NCBI GenBank assembly: GCA_018303425.1
Contig: JAGVYF010000033.1
Span: 1 to 58,200, forward strand
From: Candidatus Woesearchaeota archaeon
Lineage (GTDB): Archaea; Nanobdellota; Nanobdellia; Woesearchaeales; JAGVYF01
Length of the DNA: 58,200 nucleotides
Reading direction: 5' to 3'
Shown here: positions 54,316 to 58,200 of the stretch, one piece after another
Position numbering within the stretch: the first letter of the stretch is position 1
Layout: every line of letters begins with the position of its first letter
Notes under the pieces: generated by a model
The model's database searches: none
Told to the model about the DNA's origin: nothing
The model's input: only the letters and a program-made list of their open reading frames with translations
Position numbers and translations under genes: made by a program

Positions 54316-54789
54316 TTAATTATATGTCTCATCTATTCGACTAATATATTCTTTAATCCTGTGTATTATAGATGTTAAAAGATAACGCTCTAATTTATCG
54401 TTAAAAACTTCACCAAGTTTAGAAAACTCCGTAATCCTATAATTATTAATTACTTTTTCTACTAACATAATATCTCTTAAACGTTTTAATTGTCTCCTGA
54501 TATTTGAAGAGGCAATTCCGCTCATCGGTAAGTTATATTTTTTTCTATTTGTAATTACTAAAGCCCTTATCTCTTCCGAAGTAAGCTCCTGTCTCTTATT
54601 TCTTTGCCGAAGCAATACATCTAAAATGTCTACCATAACATCTCTAGAATCTCCGGGTTGTAACATTCCCAGTGATAAACAAAGTTTTCTAACTAATTCA
54701 CGCTCTTGAATTGATTCAGGTTTTTCGTATCTTCTAAGAATTAACTCATTCAATGGCGTGTCCCTGGAAATACTTGGAGCTTTAGTCAT
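54316..54789 (-). CDS. Predicted winged-helix DNA-binding protein
   Basis: It is 157 aa. The region ..SSNIRRQLKRLRDIMLVEKVINNYRITEF.. is wHTH-like. The family is not identified. Confidence 0.4.
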   Translation of the reverse strand: MTKAPSISRDTPLNELILRRYEKPESIQERELVRKLCLSLGMLQPGDSRDVMVDILDVLLRQRNKRQELTSEEIRALVITNRKKYNLPMSGIASSNIRRQLKRLRDIMLVEKVINNYRITEFSKLGEVFNDKLERYLLTSIIHRIKEYISRIDETYN

Positions 54790-54900
54790 TTTTTCACCTC
54801 ATGTTATCATAAACTAAAAAATATTATCAATAATGATAACTTCCCCATTTATAAGTTTCACGCATAAATGTCCAGTGTCCAGTGCGCTAATCACCAAAAA

Positions 54901-56028
54901 TCAAAAATTAAATAAACGCTTTATTATAATGGTTGCATAGCTTCCTTTAGGTAAAGTAAAACATACCTTTATTTTGTATTTATTACGCAAAAATTCGTCA
55001 TTTGTAGGAGAAGAAATAGAAATGTTTGCGGGGGCAATTATAATCTCACGTTTATATGTTTTAAAAAAATTCCCTGAAATATTAATATCAAAATCTTTTA
55101 AATCTAATTTTTCTTTTTCTAAAACCGTTTTTATAATTTCTTTTTCATATGACTCTACTTGCATATTTGAACTGAGTGTCTGAAATGATTTAGGCAGTCC
55201 GTTAATACTTTGTTTAAAAAATAACAAGCTTCCAACATTATATTTTACGGAGTAAAGAGAATGCTTATCAAAATGTTTTTTTAATAATAATTTAATGCAC
55301 TCATTCCAAAGATAACTCTGATAGGCAAAAACGAACATTTCCCTTGCATTAGCAGGTATTTTCTGATAAGCTTTTAACCAATCCCTAGTTTTTTGATATG
55401 TATCAACAATATGTGATAAACACCTTGTTTTTAATTTAACTGGTTTCCCCCAATTATTTAAAATTAAAATTTTATCCTGTTTTATTTTTTTAATTTCAAA
55501 CTTTGAAAAAGAAGTAAGATAAATTTTTACAGCAGTTTCATAATCCTTTTTAATTATATATTTAATGATAAAATCCTTATTATGTACGCTCCCAAATCTT
55601 TGGGAATCATAATAATTAGGAACAGATAAATCATTACATTTTGTAGAAATTCCATGTAACTCCCTTCCAGTTATGCCCCTGATAATAATTTCGAATCTAT
55701 TTCCGCGCAAATCGCCTATCTTGATGGGATTATTCAAATAACCCAATAAAATTAAGGAAAAATTATTTTCAGACAATATTTTTAGTTCATATTTATCATC
55801 CAATGTCAAATATTGTTCAGTTACTGCATGTTTATCTTTTAATCCCGCAATGCCGAAAGCACCGCGAGGTATTTGGTTTGTTCTGGAAAGATAATCAACT
55901 AAATCGAAAGTTTCCAAATTTTTTTTTTTGAGAAGATAAAGTTTATATTTGCCTCTTTTAAGAATATTAAACTTATTTAATTCAAATACTTTAAAATCTT
56001 CAGGTATTCTTCTAATTTTGATTCCCAT
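54901..56028 (-). CDS. truD: tRNA pseudouridine synthase TruD
   Basis: It contains EDFKVFE and GIAGLKDKHAVTEQ, and has a typical length. Confidence 0.8.
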   Translation of the reverse strand: MGIKIRRIPEDFKVFELNKFNILKRGKYKLYLLKKKNLETFDLVDYLSRTNQIPRGAFGIAGLKDKHAVTEQYLTLDDKYELKILSENNFSLILLGYLNNPIKIGDLRGNRFEIIIRGITGRELHGISTKCNDLSVPNYYDSQRFGSVHNKDFIIKYIIKKDYETAVKIYLTSFSKFEIKKIKQDKILILNNWGKPVKLKTRCLSHIVDTYQKTRDWLKAYQKIPANAREMFVFAYQSYLWNECIKLLLKKHFDKHSLYSVKYNVGSLLFFKQSINGLPKSFQTLSSNMQVESYEKEIIKTVLEKEKLDLKDFDINISGNFFKTYKREIIIAPANISISSPTNDEFLRNKYKIKVCFTLPKGSYATIIIKRLFNF

Positions 56029-56064
56029 TTTATTAAATAAAACTATCTTGTTTTTTTCAAAAAA

Positions 56065-56808
56065 TTATTTAATCTTACCGGTTTGCCAATCGTGGAGTAT
56101 CATTCTTGAAGCCCGAACCTGATCAGGACAATTACCTTTTTTTAATAAATTTCTTTTCTTTGCGATTGCCACAATTGATTCTTCAAAGTCTTCTGAAATC
56201 TCTATCCCATAGTAAGCTTCAATCTTACCGGGAAATTTTTCCATTAAATCTGTTACAGCCACATCAGGATTTTCTACTTTATTAAATTCAGTTGCTCCAA
56301 TAAATGCATGCTTATTTTTATCCTTTTCCATAAACGGAATTACACCCGGACTGTCAATAAATAAAATTTTATTATCGGCTTTAATTTTCATTGCACCCTT
56401 AGTAAACCCACTTACGGAACTAGAGGGAGCCGAGTTTTTACCCTTCACCGCGTTAATTAACGAAGATTTACCTACATTTGGATAACCTAAAACACCAACT
56501 ACAAATTTTTCTTTGTCCTTGTAATGTATTTTACCTACCATTAAAATTTGTTTTCTTAATAAAGTAGTGCCTAGATGCTTTACTGAAGAAATAAACACAG
56601 AAGGTTTTAGAACGATCTTATCTAAAATAGTTTTATCGACAAGATCGCATTTTGTTATAACATAAATTAAGGGTTTTTTTGATGCCTTAACATTCTCTTC
56701 AACTTCAGGATTTCTAGTTTCATTTATAAACCGGGCATCTAACACTAATATTAAAATATCCGAATCTTTTATCACTTTATGAACAATATCCCAAAAATTT
56801 TTTAACAT
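56065..56808 (-). CDS. Circularly permuted GTPase (YlqF/RbgA-like ribosome biogenesis GTPase)
   Basis: The motif order is G4 (TKCDL), then G1 (GYPNVGKSSLINA), then G3 (DSPGV). Confidence 0.8.
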   Translation of the reverse strand: MLKNFWDIVHKVIKDSDILILVLDARFINETRNPEVEENVKASKKPLIYVITKCDLVDKTILDKIVLKPSVFISSVKHLGTTLLRKQILMVGKIHYKDKEKFVVGVLGYPNVGKSSLINAVKGKNSAPSSSVSGFTKGAMKIKADNKILFIDSPGVIPFMEKDKNKHAFIGATEFNKVENPDVAVTDLMEKFPGKIEAYYGIEISEDFEESIVAIAKKRNLLKKGNCPDQVRASRMILHDWQTGKIK

Positions 56809-56941
56809 AAAAATATATTAATTGAATCCAATATAAATACTTACTGATTATTAATTATTCCATCTAAATAGTCTTTTAATATATCTAATATAAATTTAAA
56901 GTCTGTAAGAACTCTCTTGCTTATTTAATTAAATACGAACA

Positions 56942-56969
56942 CACTAATTGTCAATTAAACGATAGCGCC
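56942..56969. repeat. MITE-like repeat, fragment E (degenerate right-end module)
   Basis: CACTAATTGTCAATTAAACGATAGCGCC compares with TACTAATTGACAATGAAACGACTCTGGACAGCGCC in copy B. Confidence 0.4.
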
Positions 56970-57024
56970 AACTTAACGTAATATTTATAAAGCTAAAGCA
57001 ACTAACTTATATTGGTGATGTTAC

Positions 57025-57585
57025 ATGAAAAGATTTAGTGCAGTATTATTTATTTTAATTTTAGTTAGTTCTTTAGTAACGGCATACCACAACGACGAAG
57101 AAGTTGGGAGTAATCCTGAAACTGGTGTTATGGTTGATGCAGTTGATCAAGATCGCCCTGAACCAATAATAGCTAAAGAAGAGAAAGCTATGAATGATAA
57201 AGCGGCAGAATCTGTGCCCAAAATAATGGCAGAAAACAAAAGCACTGAAATGGCTGGACAAGTGAAAGCTAAAATGCAAGATAAAATAAAAGGTCTTGAA
57301 AATGCTTTAACTAAAGTTACCAATGAAAATGCTATACAGAGACTAGAACAAAATCTGATAAAATTCCAAGAACATTTACAAGCAAGATTTGAAAGAATGG
57401 AAAATGTTGAAGTTGAAGAAGTTAACGAGGAAACCGGGGCAGTTACAATCAAAGCTCAGGAACCGGTGAAATTTTTAGGTTTTATCAACGGTAAAGCAAC
57501 AAAGAGATTTGAACTAGACAACAACGGAAACGTAACTGAAAAACATCCGTGGTATAGTTTTTTATATGCTGAAGATTCGGAATAA
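57025..57585 (+). CDS. Secreted hypothetical protein
   Basis: It has a signal peptide (MKRFSAVLFILILVSSLVTA) and a charged helical middle region. Confidence 0.6.
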   Translation: MKRFSAVLFILILVSSLVTAYHNDEEVGSNPETGVMVDAVDQDRPEPIIAKEEKAMNDKAAESVPKIMAENKSTEMAGQVKAKMQDKIKGLENALTKVTNENAIQRLEQNLIKFQEHLQARFERMENVEVEEVNEETGAVTIKAQEPVKFLGFINGKATKRFELDNNGNVTEKHPWYSFLYAEDSE

Positions 57586-57645
57586 GATTCTTATTTTTTC
57601 TTTTATTTAGGTATATTTTTAAATTAATAATCATTTTATTTAATT

Positions 57646-57963
57646 ATGACCTTAAAATCAATAGGGGAAATTTTAGTGCCGGATTATTCTAATGGCGGAA
57701 AACAATATCCCCTTTTGCACCATAAGGAATGGGATGAAAAAGTCAAAGAAATTGTGGGCGGATTAACTATATTGAAAACTGCCAAAGGAGAATGGATAAA
57801 TCAAGATGAAATTTTGTTTATTGACAAAATGATTCCTGTGAGAATTTATTGCACTGAATTTGAAATAGACAAAATTATTCAACTAACTCTAAACCATTAT
57901 GACCAAGAAGCTGTTTTGGCATATGAAATTAGTTCCAATGTCAAATTAATTAAAAGAAAATAA
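57646..57963 (+). CDS. Hypothetical protein
   Basis: It is a 105-aa ORF with no confidently recognised motif. Confidence 0.4.
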   Translation: MTLKSIGEILVPDYSNGGKQYPLLHHKEWDEKVKEIVGGLTILKTAKGEWINQDEILFIDKMIPVRIYCTEFEIDKIIQLTLNHYDQEAVLAYEISSNVKLIKRK

Positions 57964-57965
57964 CT

Positions 57966-58200
57966 CTATTTACCTAGAGCTTGTTTAAGATCCATAGCGT
58001 GTTCTTGTTCTATTGCAAGAATGTTCCGTAACTGAGTTGCAAGTGCAAATTCTTGCAACGCTTCCGCCTGAACAATTCTTTCTTTATACCTACGAATTGC
58101 ATCTTCTTCTCCCATTAAATCTTGTTGAAGCATTTTTTCATTTTTTGTAGCTGTCAAAATTTTATCAACTTTAACTGAAGGACTGCCACTAAAAAAATCA
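57966..58200 (-). CDS. Ferritin-like/bacterioferritin-family protein, C-terminal part (gene start beyond the right edge)
   Basis: It contains ..GEEDAIRRYKERIVQAEALQEFALATQLRNILAIEQEHAMDLKQAL (E..H helix pair). The frame stays open upstream of the track's TTG start to the window end. Confidence 0.5.
   Translation of the reverse strand, partial: DFFSGSPSVKVDKILTATKNEKMLQQDLMGEEDAIRRYKERIVQAEALQEFALATQLRNILAIEQEHAMDLKQALGK

Overview
This is an AT-rich archaeal chromosome segment. The archaeal assignment rests on TFB, RpoK, exosome Rrp4/Rrp41/Rrp42, proteasome alpha, RNase P Pop5, SBDS, RtcB and an archaeal-type ProRS. The compact gene set, rich in surface proteins, suggests a DPANN-like lineage, but that is inference only.

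Gene content, left to right:
- 0.3-7.8 kb: a Tad/type-IV-pilus-like operon with three pilins (KA|Q..E+5 signal peptides), two T2SS-F-type membrane proteins, a FlaI/GspE-type ATPase and a 747-aa repeat protein.
- ZPR1 and SepF genes, separated by an inserted 2.9-kb island.
- A DHH phosphoesterase.
- The conserved exosome/proteasome superoperon.
- Lrp, AsnA, a MiaB-like methylthiotransferase, an isochorismatase and RtcB.
- A GT2 glycosyltransferase, a Clp-D2-type AAA+ ATPase, a metallophosphoesterase, YrdC/Sua5 and an M48 peptidase.
- A cluster of a COG1361-like surface protein, an ASCH protein and a MacB-type ABC transporter.
- A Cys-rich surface protein, MutL and MutS.
- A pilin-LamG fusion and Rad50.
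- A BioB-like radical SAM protein, ProRS, tRNA-Ser(UGA) and TFB.
- A HemK-kinase fusion, TruD and a circularly permuted GTPase.

Most interesting observations:
1. An island at 8806-11727 is bounded by 23-nt inverted repeats and a 9-bp target duplication, and is inserted into a 29-bp tandem repeat. It carries a tight four-gene operon (HExxH protein, DinD/Bro-N, WYL, HNH) and no recognisable transposase. I cannot match it to a named system.
2. A MITE-like repeat family ends in GCTGTCCAGA...TCTGGACAGC. An end always faces a TATA-like box 12-18 nt away, mostly upstream of envelope genes.
3. One copy of that family carries a roughly 300-nt insert packed with nested perfect helices, a candidate structured RNA.

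All calls come from reading motifs in the supplied translations and sequence. No database search was run.
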